64,000 bases of DNA from Podospora anserina (Eukaryota): positions 5,952,001 to 6,016,000 of the forward strand of contig CM030332.1 in NCBI GenBank assembly GCA_017654855.1, in the 5' to 3' direction. A model generated the notes under the pieces. It was not told the origin of the DNA, ran no database searches, and was given only the letters and a program-made list of their open reading frames with translations. Below are positions 1 through 12,292 of this stretch, piece by piece. Position 1 is the first letter of the stretch. Every line of letters begins with the position of its first letter. The translations under genes and the position numbers were made by a program.

Positions 1-483
1 TCAAGACCAGAGTTTGTGGGGGATGGATCTTGGATGCAGCTGTTCGGTCCTCGTCTGTTGCAGCCCGCAATAAGAATCAGCACTGTGTATAGACAAGTGT
101 CACACGAAGTATTCACGCCCTGTGGTCTACATCTACGCCAGCGGCCTCGATTTTCACTTACCTCGCTACTGACTTCGATTTTCACCCACCTCGCCAGTGG
201 CCTCGATTTTTGCTTACTTCGCCAACGACTCTCCACTTTACCCACCTCACTAGCGAACCACAGTCACAGCCTCTTTTCGTCGCCCTATGAAGAACGGCAG
301 ATTTGCTGCCACCAGTGTAGTCAAGCATGTTCTAGCTCGGTAAGGGCGGACGCCAACAGAGGGTCGAGATTGGGGCTGGTCAACGAAGGAGTAAGAAGCG
401 GGAATATTTATTATCGCTGCACCTCGCTCCGAAAGCGTCTCCACTATGTTACACTTGCCCGTGTTAGCGTCAGACGACGCAGT
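1..483. repeat. Inverted near-identical copy of 34636-35123, with an internal 103-bp segment flipped
   Basis: 1-358 and 462-483 match the reverse complement of 35123-34760 and 34657-34636, while 359-461 matches 34658-34759 in direct orientation. Confidence 0.95.
133..256 (+). repeat. Imperfect ~28-bp tandem array (core CCTCGATTTTCAC)
   Basis: Units such as cctcgctactgacttcgattttcaccca / cctcgccagtggcctcgatttttgctta; related arrays at 34864-34984, 49499-49620, 28424-28590 and 43620-43785. Confidence 0.8.
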
Positions 484-486
484 ATT

Positions 487-890
487 GCATTGCTCCACTC
501 ACCGCTCACCTACCCTCAATATCCGGGATGGGCACAAGGCTTTTGACGGTGGAGATCCTGAACAGGGATCTTTGGTGGTGGAATTCCCGGAGGCTTTCTG
601 AGTGGCAGGCAGAACGTCTCAGTAAAGCGCAAAAAAGATAATCATCTTCTCCATCTCCAACCTGGCCCTACTTCCCGCAGCCCTCTTCGTCCGATGTATT
701 CTATGACTCGCCTTGTGAGAAACTCGCCTGCTTCCGGTTTTACTTGGAATTCTGGATCCACGGGCAGAGGCAGATACGTTGTCGTTGATGGCGCCGCTAC
801 TTTAGTGCTACCTGTCAGAAGGCTCCCATTCTGGGGGGCTGCCAAGCCAACACCTCCAGCTGAGCGATGCACAGGTACCTCTAAAATCTA
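487..890. repeat. Inverted copy of 29075-29358 carrying a 127-bp insertion (521-647)
   Basis: Reverse-complement match read by eye; the ORF track shows the shared peptide MHRSAGGVGLA at 642..872(-) and 29093..29329(+). Confidence 0.93.
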
Positions 891-988
891 CTACAGTAGA
901 TGGGCTATATGATACCCCTGTCATGTAGTCAGGTACCTGAGTTCCGACCAAACCTTGCACTTTTTATGCACGAGAATAGAGGACGTAT

Positions 989-1285
989 TTAATTGTTCTT
1001 TTCCTCCATGATCACGAACTGGCAGGGACACCTCTCGTAGTGGTCAAGCAGGCCTTTAGAAGCGCCATGCTTCTTCAGAGTCTGATAAAACAAAAGAAGT
1101 TCCGCGGCTTGGGGACAGTTTTCCTCCTTACTTCCAATCTCAGAATCGAGACCTAGATCATCGGCGTGCACAGCATATTGAAGCTCAGCCGTGGTTTTCC
1201 CCATAGCGATCTCGTCGGACACACACGATCCTGACCCTCCGAAGAAGAAGCGGACTCTCTTGATGGCCTTACAGTGGAAGACCAA
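989..1285 (-). CDS. Small hypothetical protein, paralogue of 60229-60546
   Basis: LQYAVHADDL...LLLFYQTLKKHGASKGLLDHYERCPCQFVIMEE aligns with LKYVIHRIDL...LELFRRALAEHGASESLLSTYEGDPCGLEIIMNE; true start uncertain. Confidence 0.55.
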   Translation of the reverse strand: MVFHCKAIKRVRFFFGGSGSCVSDEIAMGKTTAELQYAVHADDLGLDSEIGSKEENCPQAAELLLFYQTLKKHGASKGLLDHYERCPCQFVIMEEKNN

Positions 1286-2139
1286 GAAGCCGAGCCGTCA
1301 GGTAGCCTCGAGCCCGGAGGAAGGCGTTTAGGAGACCGTTCAGGAACAAGCCGCTAGCCAAATTACTATGGCAGCCAGTTCAGTCACCGTTAAGGTTAAT
1401 CCTACAAGGATTCGGTCAGGGAGGGTTACTAGGCCTACTGCCAGAGCTAGAGGCGAGGGTTGAATTCGGTGGAGCAAGTAAAGAGCTCAGTCCCTGAGAA
1501 AGCGATTCCTGGCTGGGTTTAGAAATGAGCTTAGATTTGAGCCCGGGGTAAACACACGCAAAATTGCGCTTAGCTACCGGCCGAACAGCTTAGGCACAGA
1601 AAAAAAGGAAGAAATGTAAGGGGGAAAAGGGCGGAATGGTGGGATAAAATAGTAGGGGTAGCCGGGATGATGGCTCATGATCTTAAAAAGATGGAACCTC
1701 TTCTCCGCCTTGGAGAGAGTATCGATGAACATTGATCACAATGACATTATTGAGTTGGCTCCAGAATATCACTATAATGTTCCCCCGCTCCCATCTTCTG
1801 ATTGTCCTATTTCCATCCACCTTCCTATTCCTTCTTGTCGAACAGGCCAACCGTCCTGGCCAGTCGATCCCGCTCTGCTCTATGACTCAAACGGCAAGCT
1901 GAGGAGAAAACAGGTCAAGCCATCTTCCCGACCCGACAACTACATTAAACACTGACCAGCTCTGACGGCCAAGGTTCGACTGAAATCCCAGAGCAGGTGA
2001 GAGTTTTCACGCGCACATAGCCTCACGGCCTGTAGAGAAGGTGGATTATGAAGGTTGCGGATAAGCTCTCAAAAAGTGGCAGAGCAACTTGGAATTCCAC
2101 AAAACCAGCGCTATCATGCCATCTGCTAAAATTGCAAAC

Positions 2140-2236
2140 TCGAGCGATTCGTTGATCCGCGGTACCAGATCCGACGGTGGGGATAACTCGATGCGCCCGA
2201 GCAATTATGGACAAGACACAGCAGCGGAGCGGGAAT
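2140..2236. repeat. Inverted fragment of the large ORF at ~50970-51066
   Basis: Shared peptide LIRGTRSDGGD(N/D)SMRPSN(Y/H)GQ(D/H)TAAERE and matching DNA. Confidence 0.85.
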
Positions 2237-3323
2237 TTTTCTCTGGCTGTGATTCCCGGGTTCTAACTGGCAAAAGGATCGTCTTATTTTGCATTGGGCG
2301 TCTCTTCGCTTTTACTTGCCTGTTACAGAAAATTTGCAGGGTTGTTCAGCACGCAGTGCTATCTCGGTCAGAGGCATCGAATGCACGGGCGGCGAGACGC
2401 ACAGGCACGGATATCCAGTGAAGCATAAAAAAGGATGCCCGCAATTCGCGTGTAAGGAGGCGGTGTACACACGTTGCTTCAGCTCGACGCAAAAACCTGC
2501 ACCAGGTAGGACTTCTGCTGAGCTGCCGAGGCTCCCGAATTTGCGCTTTAACAACAATCTCCTCATCAAACCCATAATGACAAAGCTGCCCCAGAAACCA
2601 TCACCAGCTACTCATATCTATCACCTCAGGACAAAAGTCAACAATGCTACTGTGCCGGTGCCAAAATAAGGACTGGAAGAAGAACTGCCGCTCGCCGCTG
2701 AACTGCGCAGTCTGGCAAGATAAGGAGCCCTATTGTGAGGGGTGTCGAGTACGCCTAAACCATTTAATCTATCTCCAGACTTGCGCTTTCTGATCACTCC
2801 GGGAGTTTATCCCCTCACCGCACGATTCTCGTGAAATCTCATCTACTATGATGAAAAGCGAAGTTTGATTCTGACACTTGCACAGGATAATAAATGCCAA
2901 TCCAACCAATCACCTGTGCCACTTAGGACCGGATTTGATGGATATCGACTAACGTCGCCTCCTGGCGATATGCTTGTCCACCATGTCAACCTCGTCAAAG
3001 TGCGGGCACCGCAGGACTACCAGATTGGGTTCCAATCATATATTGAGGCTATGGCGGCTGTTGCGCTCGGGAAGGCGCCTGCATCGGAAGTGGTGGAACG
3101 GTTGGATCAAGCTATAAGAGAACACGACGCAAAGAGGCAGGGAGACATAGCTATGAAGGATGGTGATCAGAAGTAGGTTGGCGTATGGATATGTTGATAA
3201 AGGGGTCACTGGGATTTCTTATGGGTCAGGAGTTGTTTTATGAAGATTGTATATTGGCTTGTTCTCTACGTTTGATAAATCATGACATTTCCTTTTACGT
3301 TTGATGTTCTTTCCTATAGCTTA

Positions 3324-3921
3324 GACGGTCTGCCTCAAAACCACCCAGCTCTTCTCTAGCTTGTCCCCTTCGTTTTAACCCCAGAACGCACCAGCATAGT
3401 TGGGTGAAAAGGCTGTGTAGGTAATGACCTCGACAGTATAAATCTCTCTTACCTGTTAAACGGTATGGGACGCTAAGGCGAGTCAGCTCGACGATCGTAG
3501 GAGAGTACTTGCAAGTCCCGAGAATTTGATCAGGCATCACAGTTTTGTGATCCATGTCATCAGGTCAGCCCATCTGCACTTACAGGCATGAGACTGTAAT
3601 ATATGCGTTACAATCACGAGGCGGAAGATTCATTAACGTCATCTTGACTTGACGCCCGGCCAAGGTGGCCCTATTCACTTTTGCTGGTCATATATTATCC
3701 AGCTTTATGGCTTTATAAACCTAGCGGACACTTAGGAATTCGCCTATAACAAAGACCTTAGAAGATAGAGATATTCTCCAGATTGTGTTTTACTCCGACC
3801 TGTCACAAGGAAGGTAGCGTCCACAACCACAATACCATCCGGCCCATCGATATCGACAACCACAGCAACGTAGTTACGTTCGTCCGTATCGATACGCAGC
3901 TCTCCTTACCATAATAAGTCA
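3324..3921. repeat. Rearranged copy of 58810-59348 (3324-3531 direct; 3643-3921 inverted)
   Basis: Direct DNA comparison; shared peptide DQILGTCKYSPTIVELTRLSVPYRL. Confidence 0.9.
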
Positions 3922-4055
3922 AGGACTCTGCATCAGAACCGCCTTTCAGCTCCCGTGTGAACCCACACTCGGTAATCGTGGGAGGGTGCCATGAAGACAT
4001 AATGCAGTTCTTTGGCTTCGTGACCCCGTTGGTGTCCTGAAATTTGAGTTCAGCT

Positions 4056-5058
4056 ACGATCAAGCACTTCGACTATCATACAGCGTTCCGTACGAAGGGT
4101 AAATACCGGTTATTAATCCTCGATGGCCACGAAAGCCACCACTCAACTGAATTCGAGCGCCACTGCCAGCAGAACAATATTATCACGCTCTGCATGCCTC
4201 CACACTCCTCCCACCTCCTCCAGCCACTCGATATTGGCTGCTTTGGGCCGCTAAAACAGGCGTACGGCCGCCAGATCGAGGGCTTAATGCGCATACATAT
4301 CAACCACGTAAGCAAGCTCGAGTTTCTCTGTACCTTCCGCGAGGCTTTCTTCGCCTCTATAACGGAGAAGAATATACAGGGTAGCTTTGCGGGTGCTGGC
4401 CTTGTTCCATACGATCCAGAGGGGTGCTTTCTAAGCTAGATATAAAGCTTCGTACGCCAACACCCCATCCTCAAGGCCGGGCACGGCACTACCTTGGGTA
4501 TTCCAGACACCACAAAACCCCCGAGAAGCCAACTCACAGTCAACGCTTATTAAGACTCGCATTACCAACCATCAAAATAGCTCCCCGACCTCGATGTTGG
4601 TTGCTATAGACCAGCTTACTAAGGGTACGATGGCTGTGATGCACCAGGTGGCCCTCCTTCAGTCAGAGAACGCTTCGCTCCGCAAGGCCAATGAGGCACT
4701 AAGTAAGCGCCGGAGAGCTAAAAAACACGTGTACGGCTCGGAGGATCACTTACTGTGCAAGATGCACATGATCTACTGGACCAGAAGGCCGTGGGTGGGG
4801 AGGCAGTGGAAGAAATACAGCCGGATGGCGGTAGTGCAGGGGGGGCTCGTACGAAGGTTCAGTGCTGTGGTGTGTGCGGCAAGCCTGGCCATAATGCCCG
4901 CACTTGCCAGGAGGCTGCAGAAGGGTCTGATTCAGCTGTTTCTGACGTAATTGTAGTTGGTTCTTAATGTTGTGGTCTAGCAATTGAGGATAGTTATAGT
5001 AAGGTGGTGGAGAGTGCGTCGCTCGCTTATCTGCGTCGCTCGCTTATCATGCACGTTA
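4056..5058 (+). mobile_element. 5'-truncated pogo/Fot1-type (Tc1-mariner) DNA transposon with frameshifted DDE transposase and right TIR
   Basis: RLLILDGHESH, PPHSSHLLQPLDIGCFGPLK and C-terminal CGVCGKPGHNARTC knuckle; TIR 5015-5056 has the internal direct repeat tgcgtcgctcgcttatc x2 and ends ACGT followed by TA. Confidence 0.92.
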
Positions 5059-6209
5059 TCAATGTCCACAAACACTTCATGTACCACCACTAACTCCCGC
5101 TCTGCACCCGCGCCTTCGTACCCTTCCAGGAGAAGGACGAAAAGCTTCACATCGCTACGAGGAATTCTTTCCAGTATCTTCTCATGGTAATAACTTCGTC
5201 TAGCAAACCACTATAATTCAATATCTCTCAAAATCAATAAGTAGACCACTTTTATCGTATGCATCGTGGTTGATATTGCAGTATCTGTTATTTCCACCAT
5301 CATCTATATAATGTTGCAGCAAGACTCCAAGAAACAGCTTCTCCGCATCCAACAGCGCATTGAGGGCTACATGCAACCCACCGAGGAGCCAGATATCACG
5401 GCATCCCCCTCGGCCAAAGTCCTACCTCGAACCCGCGACCTAGTATAAGCCGTAAGGCTTGGGCCGACGCCTATCACACGCTACATCCGCGACATGTAAC
5501 CTTTCGCGACGGAACCATAGGATCCATCGACAACTTTCTAGGCCCTAGCCTCAGCTATAGCAATAATCACGATCAGCAACTACCCTCGGAGGCTAACGAT
5601 ATTAGTCTATAGTACCCCGCTCATTCTCTATTCCAAGCTCTGATGTCCTTGATGGAGTTAACCTACGGTCATGTTCCAATACGGCAATCATCACCTTTTT
5701 CTTCCAGAAGTTGTAATTTTTGCTGGGAAACCCTGCCGTTTCACAAAGCCCTACGAAACCTCATATTGATATCGTTTGCATAGTCTGGGCCGACCGTGAA
5801 AAGTGCGAGACCGGCTGTCTGTACTGAGGTTGGCAAGCACTCCAATGTGCCAGTGTTAAAGATGATAGAGCTAGATTACTCTGGCGCCAACTGAGGACAC
5901 CTTGGCTGCACGACGCTGTGTCACGACCCTGGCACAAGGACGAAAATAACGATTGGTTCTGAGGAAGAACCAATCAGGAACAGGGAAGAAGTAGCCAATC
6001 AAATAGGACAGAACGTGCTCAATGGGGTCGGAACGAGGAAGCAGGGTGTTCAGGGTGCTCAGGAGACTGAGCATGGTGAGCACAATGGGAAGAGTTCTCG
6101 CGGGCTCCACTAACCCGGAAAGGGAAAGGGACAGATAGAGGAAAGAGGCGCACCATTCGCTATCTCATACTTCCCTCGCATGTTACTAAGGTAAAGAGAA
6201 TTGTTTATT

Positions 6210-6886
6210 TTACTTATAAGTTAAGAGACCATGGCAATATTTGGTCAAAAGTTGGTTGTAATTATGTAGATCATCCTCCAAATCCCAAGTAGGGCACTTG
6301 TATCCCACCCACTTAACCGCATAGTAGACAGACCCAGTCTCGGCTTGGTAATGACCAATTATTTTCTCAATCTCGCAATCTAGTTCTCCCTCGATAATTC
6401 CTGGCCGCTGTCGGCATTCTCGCCACATTCGAAGGTTTTGACCATCTTCAAAAACCCAAAGTAGACCTTCGTTATGCGGCCAGTCTCCGAGCTGCTGATC
6501 TAAATTCTCAACTCGTACGCCATGAAAAATAAACTCTGGCCCCCGCACCGTATACAAGACTTGCACTACAACAAGCCGCAAGGACCACTCTGTCCTAATG
6601 GGGGTCCCTAGGCACGCAGCTTTAGGATCCAGACACTGCATGCTGGAACGTTCAGTTTAATGTCGGTAAGATGGGGTGGAAGCTAGATCAGACACCGAGA
6701 GACGAAGCGAAAGAGTACCTTATGCTTTTGAATACATAGCTCAGCATCCAGTTCTGGATTTATCGCAAAGCTTGCTCTGCTTTTAACTGGCCTATTGTGT
6801 AAAAATGCATAAGCGGATCTAACCGCTGTACCAACGGCCTGATAACGGTCGGCGTGAACGCTAACCCCATCCGCCTCCCGTGCCAT
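6210..6886 (-). CDS. Chromodomain-containing protein (exon structure uncertain)
   Basis: C-terminal CEIEKIIGH...YYAVKWVGYKCPTWDLEDDL is a chromo-like motif; upstream ORF 6683-6886 is probably a 5' exon. Confidence 0.65.
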
Positions 6887-7220
6887 TACCTAAGAAAAAC
6901 TGTTGAGTTTAAGGCCTTGATTCCTGAGGCATTACTTCATGGCACCTGTGCCAAGGAGATTACGCGAGGTAGTCTACTGCGGCTTCTCCTGGCTAAGTAA
7001 TAATACATGCTTGAAATACACACAATACAACCTGATCAATTCCAAGTTCTGGTTTTCACAGAAACGTTAGTAACGGCTGTGGCCATTCTATGTGAGGCGG
7101 TTGTGTTCCGCAGACGTTCCTACTGCGCGGTCATGCCATCTCTCCTAGATTCCGGCGAATAGCGAAGGATACGAATTGCTTGAGGGCAAAACGGCCTTTG
7201 GACTGGACCAGAAAGGGATG

Positions 7221-8021
7221 CTAGGTCACGTCAGCGGGTATATCTCGTCGTATGCTGGTGTATCGTACGCAATTATGTGGCCAATTCCCTGATCCCAAGA
7301 TGCTAAGGAACGCAACTGCGTCTTCGCTCCAAGGTTGGATGCTGGTGCCCAATGCCGTCATGACCTTTCCCAGGTATGCAGCCATACGCTCACGCGTGGT
7401 CTCGAGCTTCCGGTCCGTCCCCGGCTTAAAGTTCCAGTCAAGGACTGTGCAGTTAGCTTCCCAGTCTCCTCTCAACGAAGAGGTCCCTTACTTAGTTTGG
7501 CGACTCCATGCAGAGAGATGCGGATGGTTTCGATGCGGAATTCGATACCCCGAGCGATGAGATGCAGGATAGCTTCATATATCTGTGGCCTATTAGTAGT
7601 ACAGGATAAGCAGAGGAGAAGGGGATACTACCTGGGAGACAATGCTAGCAACTTCAACCTCATCGAGGGGGAGCGTGCTGAACAGGCCAAGCTCCACGTA
7701 CTCAGAAACCATATGGATACTTTCTCCTTCGTAGTAAAGCCCCAGCGGCCGAGCGATATTTCTGTGCGCGATTTCAGCCATACGGCGTAAGTGTGTAAAG
7801 CTTTTCTCTCCGATATTTCTGATCACCGCCAGCTGTCGGGCCGTCTGGTGACGATGAGCACCAATCCAAGCACCATCATCGGTAACGGCCAAACATTCGT
7901 AGTCCACAGTCGGATCTCGACCCAAGTATACAGGTGGGAGCACCTTGGCAGGAACAATTACGGACTCTCGAAGGAGGGCCGTTTTACGCCTGGGGAACAT
8001 TTTTATTTTCAGAACAGACAT
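7221..8021 (-). CDS. Short protein-kinase-fold protein, probable pseudokinase, 3 exons
   Basis: AVIR..HRNIARPLGLYY..IHMVSEYVEL..LDEVEVASIVSQ; two GT-AG introns with branch sites restore IYEAILHLIARGIEFRIETIRISLHGVAKL-ILDW; no HRD or DFG. Confidence 0.65.
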
Positions 8022-8123
8022 CGATTCACCCCAAGTTAAGTAGTTACTGTCGGAGCCATATGTGGACGCTAGGGCGGTTACTTATAGAGGCAGCTCGGCA
8101 TCTATACAAGCTTCAGGGCAAAG

Positions 8124-8423
8124 ATGGGTACGCCAAGACCAGCTTCAAGTATATACTCGGACTCGTTTGAGCTGGAGGAACTTCTGGAACGTCTTTCTGA
8201 CCGGCTTTGGCAGCAGGAAACGCACCTTCTCCGGAGTTTGGTAAAGGAGAATGAAAAATTGCAAAGGCAACTTGCAGAACTGAAGGAGATCTGGGAGTCT
8301 ATCTATGCGGTTATGAAGGAGGTAAACGGGACAGCTGGACAGTTGTTCACAGCCCTGGGCAATGCAGAGAGGCTAACACGACGGGAGAAGAACAAGTGGG
8401 TTTCTAACTGCACGGCATTCTAA
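8124..8423 (+). CDS. Small coiled-coil hypothetical protein
   Basis: ATG ORF of 99 aa with the heptad pattern LVKENEKLQRQLAELKE. Confidence 0.5.
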   Translation: MGTPRPASSIYSDSFELEELLERLSDRLWQQETHLLRSLVKENEKLQRQLAELKEIWESIYAVMKEVNGTAGQLFTALGNAERLTRREKNKWVSNCTAF

Positions 8424-8438
8424 ATCTATTTTCTGGGC

Positions 8439-9446
8439 TTATGATTGCGTGTTACTAAACCACAAGTCTTGTTCCGTGTGCGGTTCCATGGGCGGTTCCA
8501 TGGCCTGTTGCGTGGTTTCTAAACATAGCTCCTCCACCCTAAGGGACCAGTGACCAAGTTTCTCGATTAAGTCCTCGATACTATTATTCGTTAGACTTCG
8601 TAGTGCTCTGTAAAACTGCGGAAATGAGGACAAACTCTTTGGTATTATTGTCAAAACTATTCCCCAATGCAGTCACCTGCTCAGACAGGTGGGTGACCAT
8701 CCTGAGGAGATTATTCAAGACCGTAGCCAACTGGCCCTCGTCGGTGAGCTTAGCCGAAGCGCCCCAGCTGCGTAAAGTTAGCAAGTACCCGCACTCATAG
8801 AGACCTGGGCTCCTTACTTTGCATTGATTCCTTCTAGCGGCGTGTCAGCTGGCCCAGTGGGGGACTCCAAGGCCGGTGGGCGGTATTTCCCCGAAAATTG
8901 CGTCCCCGCTCCGGGCTGATGGGGCATGTTAACGTTGTCTGACAGACGGGTGACATTGCTCGAGAGCGCAGTCAACGGGTCCACGTAGGTCGGCTGAGCC
9001 GAAGCGCCCCAGCTGTGCAAGATTAGTAAGTCCTCCGCGCTTATGTGGACCCGGACTCCTTACTTTGCATTGATTTCTTCAGGCGTGTCAACTCGCCCGC
9101 TGGGAGACTCCAAGCCCGATCTGCGGTAATGCATTCTCCTGGACGATTGCGTCCCTGCTCCGGGCTGAAGGGACATACTGACAGCTGGGCCTTCGGGCCC
9201 CGGCATGCCGAGAGGCTCGGACGGCTGCCCTGATGGCGGGCGAGCGCCACGTTTTGGTATGCCCATGCGGCCGCTGTTCCTCCTCATAGTATCACGGTCG
9301 GCGGTGGTGCCCACTCGCCGCTGGTGACGAATGTGGGCGGGATCTTCGAATTGCCTATTGCCGTACATTCTGGATACCAAGATAGGGAATGAATAAAACT
9401 CTGAAAGCGGATGGGGGCGAGCTCTAATACGTCTATTCTGCGCCAC
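8439..9446 (-). pseudogene. Hypothetical gene with an internal tandem duplication of an exon+intron unit; apparent frameshift near 3' end
   Basis: ~245-bp unit repeated (8752-8930 and 8997-9172), each with a GTAAG...CTAA(C/T)...CAG intron joining INA(N) to WGASA. Confidence 0.5.
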
Positions 9447-9640
9447 CTATCGAGACATCTATGATCCGGACGTGGCCTAGGCGCGGAAAGGAAAAAAAGC
9501 GCCAGGAACGGCTGCATTGGATATCACCTGCAGATAGACGATGCCGTTTTTGGCGCCAGAATACAGTCCCTGAACATGACTACAAATTAAAATGAGGCCG
9601 GGTGCAAGGTCAAACAGCGATCATCCAACAACATTCCGTC

Positions 9641-10102
9641 ATGGCGAGTACCCAGGTCACAGCCCCACCGGGCAGCTACTCTATCCCACTCAGGGTTTTC
9701 TGTACGTCGCTTCAAGAATACGGTGCATATGCCAATCAATGGCAGACCTACGCGGGGGATATAGCCCGAGACGCCCAGTCACTTCAAGGCAGGATCGCGG
9801 AGCTAGAAAGGGAAAATGATGAGCTGATGGCCCACAAAGAGGCTCTGCAGCGGATAGCCGACACACAAAGGGAGCTCATCCTTTCCCTCGAGAGAGATCT
9901 GGAGCACCAAGCTCTTTCGTCCGCAGCCGAGTTCAGCGTTCCCTCCAGCACACCATCCAGAGGAACCGACTTCGGACTAACAGAGACGAATTCTTACCCC
10001 ACCGACTCCCTGCTAGCGCTGGTTGAGGAAGGACCGCATTCCACCTCCCAGAAACGGCTAGCGGAGACTGATGCAGGTGGGCTGTTGAAGAAGCAGGGGT
10101 AG
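9641..10102 (+). CDS. Coiled-coil hypothetical protein
   Basis: ATG ORF containing LQGRIAELERENDELMAHKEALQRIADTQRELILSLERDL. Confidence 0.55.
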   Translation: MASTQVTAPPGSYSIPLRVFCTSLQEYGAYANQWQTYAGDIARDAQSLQGRIAELERENDELMAHKEALQRIADTQRELILSLERDLEHQALSSAAEFSVPSSTPSRGTDFGLTETNSYPTDSLLALVEEGPHSTSQKRLAETDAGGLLKKQG

Positions 10103-11354
10103 ACCGCAGCAAGGATATGGGCGTCGGCTGGCTTGGTGGAGATCGCGGCTTAGATTTACAAGATAGCAGCCGGAAGCGGGCGCTGTGTGCTTGATAGCAA
10201 TGTGTATTTATCCGGGCACAGATGCCGACAGATCCTTGTTATCACCTGCAATAATACAGGTTCACCAATAGAAGCATGGACAGGTCTAAATCAGAGCGCA
10301 CCAACCGCAGACACAACTGTGATAGAATCACCCCCCCTTCCAATGCTGATCGATTACGAAATTCGCGGCCTTGGGGGGACGACAACGGCGTTCGACACCA
10401 TGATCGCAAAGAAGCCTGTCTCGATGCAGGACAGGATCGTCGAGCTGTCACGTGAGGTAGGCAGGTGAATGAAGTGCTGCACCTTCCACACGAACGGGTT
10501 GGACTCCGCTGTCCGGGAATTGAATGAAAAGATTGAGCGTGCCAACCTTCGATGGCAGGCCGAAAAGGTAGAGTAACTTGAGAGCTGATGCTTGAGGCCG
10601 AGGCTGTTGTATAGGGTGTGGGATGAAGGATCTCTTACCAAAGAGATATCCACCCTCATGTAGATACTCCACAATACCTAGAAATGGAGCAGAACAAGAA
10701 TCACAACTTTATTGGTTAGGACAACCGGATGGCAAGTCCTGCAGAGCGCCTAGCGCATAAGCAGGCAGTTTCACGTGATGAGCAATCAATTTCGCTTCCA
10801 AACTGTCGGGATAACACTAACCTATTCTGATGTCCCCATGGACCTGGATCCACAACCCCTCTCACGTGCTGCAAACTACCTGCAGCACAGGTTGGGGGGT
10901 GTGAGGTTCCTGCAAGAAGGACCGGAGCGATTGTAGGCGCTTACATTCCCTGCCTTATCGGTAAACAAAGCAGTCGCATGTATTTCCTTACGGGAGCCGG
11001 TTCCGGCCGCCGAATTTGCTAGGAAGGTCCTGAAGCTACTTCATGTAAGGAAACTCCTGCAGGAGCCGATTCTGGCTGTCCAATCCCTAAGGCAATACTA
11101 AGACTTTTATAGTTATATTATTTAGCGAACTACTATAAACAGGAGCCATTATTGGCGTTTGCATATCTTGGGCCGTTCACAGGGGCCAATTCCGGCTATC
11201 AAACGTCTTGGCTGTTTACTGCCAGAGAAGCCAGCGTTTATATCGCAGTTGAAATTGGCGCAGATGCCCCTAGGGAAAAGCAAAAGTCGAGGTCCTCTAT
11301 GCCCATCATTCCCAACCATTGCGCTGCAATTCACCTTGAACGCGTTACTGCAAA

Positions 11355-12292
11355 ATGGGAGGCCACACGAAGCGCCGAAAGGCAATGGTTCGGGAGCACA
11401 CGCACACGAAGCGCCAAAAGGTAATAGTTCGGGATTACACGAGGCGCGAAAAGGAAATGGCTCGGAAGAGAACGAATAGTGCCAAGAAAAAGGCCCGAGA
11501 AACAGGGCTTGCCTGCAACATTTTTGTTGCCCTGGTATATTGGAATCCTACTTACAACAGGATCGAGGGAGATGGGTACCTTCCTGAGAATATGGACGTC
11601 CCAGACGTCAACCAATTTGTAAGAGTTATTTGTCTCTAGTAATAGGAAGATATGCTAATGCATCCTAGCTACGGGAGCTCTTTCACGGCAAGCAGCAGAA
11701 ACGACTTCAAAACCAGCGTGAGCAAGACTCAAACCAAGCCATGGACGAAATTGTCGTCGAGCCAGACGAAAGCTGCTCTTGGGAGGCCGAATCAGGCGAT
11801 GAACAGCGCAGCCCGGATGTTGTGCAGGCCGAAGTGGCGGATTGTGCCGATCGTAGGGTTTCATGCGACAACGGTGGCTTTATCGAAACGGCCTCCAGTA
11901 TCGGCCTGGATGATCAGGAGACGACGGGCGAGCACACGCTGGGCGAGACGGACTTAATGGGCGGCTCGCTGGCAAAGGAGTTGGAGATGGGCAGAGGTAT
12001 ACAGACAAGTGCCGAGGTGGCGACGAGTGAAGAATCCGTGCACCGAGACGCCGATGGGGACGTGCTGGCGGATGCTGACGAGGACTGCACCGCAACCAGC
12101 AATTCTCTAAACGCAATCGCTCGGACATACCGTAGCCCGCCGGCCACTGAAATTACTGACAGCAATGGTTCTCCCCAGAACAGATACTTGCGCAATAAGT
12201 TGGTAGCGGAAAGCATGGTGCAATTTATGAGAGAATTTCGAAGTGTTATTGCCGATTACACCGCCTTGAATCCGATCAAAGGCACGGATTGA
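11355..12292 (+). CDS. Divergent MADS-box/SRF-like protein with acidic tail, 2 exons
   Basis: KRTNSAKKKARETGLACNIFVALVYWNP resembles the MADS core KR..GL.KKA.ELSVLC...VALII; intron 11619-11668 (GTAAGA..GCTAAT..TAG) joins in frame to ORF 11741-12292. Confidence 0.6.

Noticed and set aside
133-256. CRISPR-like array
   Set aside because: Units are contiguous degenerate tandem repeats without unique spacers, there are no cas genes, and the context is eukaryotic
5919-6150. Solo LTR starting TGTCACGACC
   Set aside because: No matching end, partner LTR or TSD could be identified
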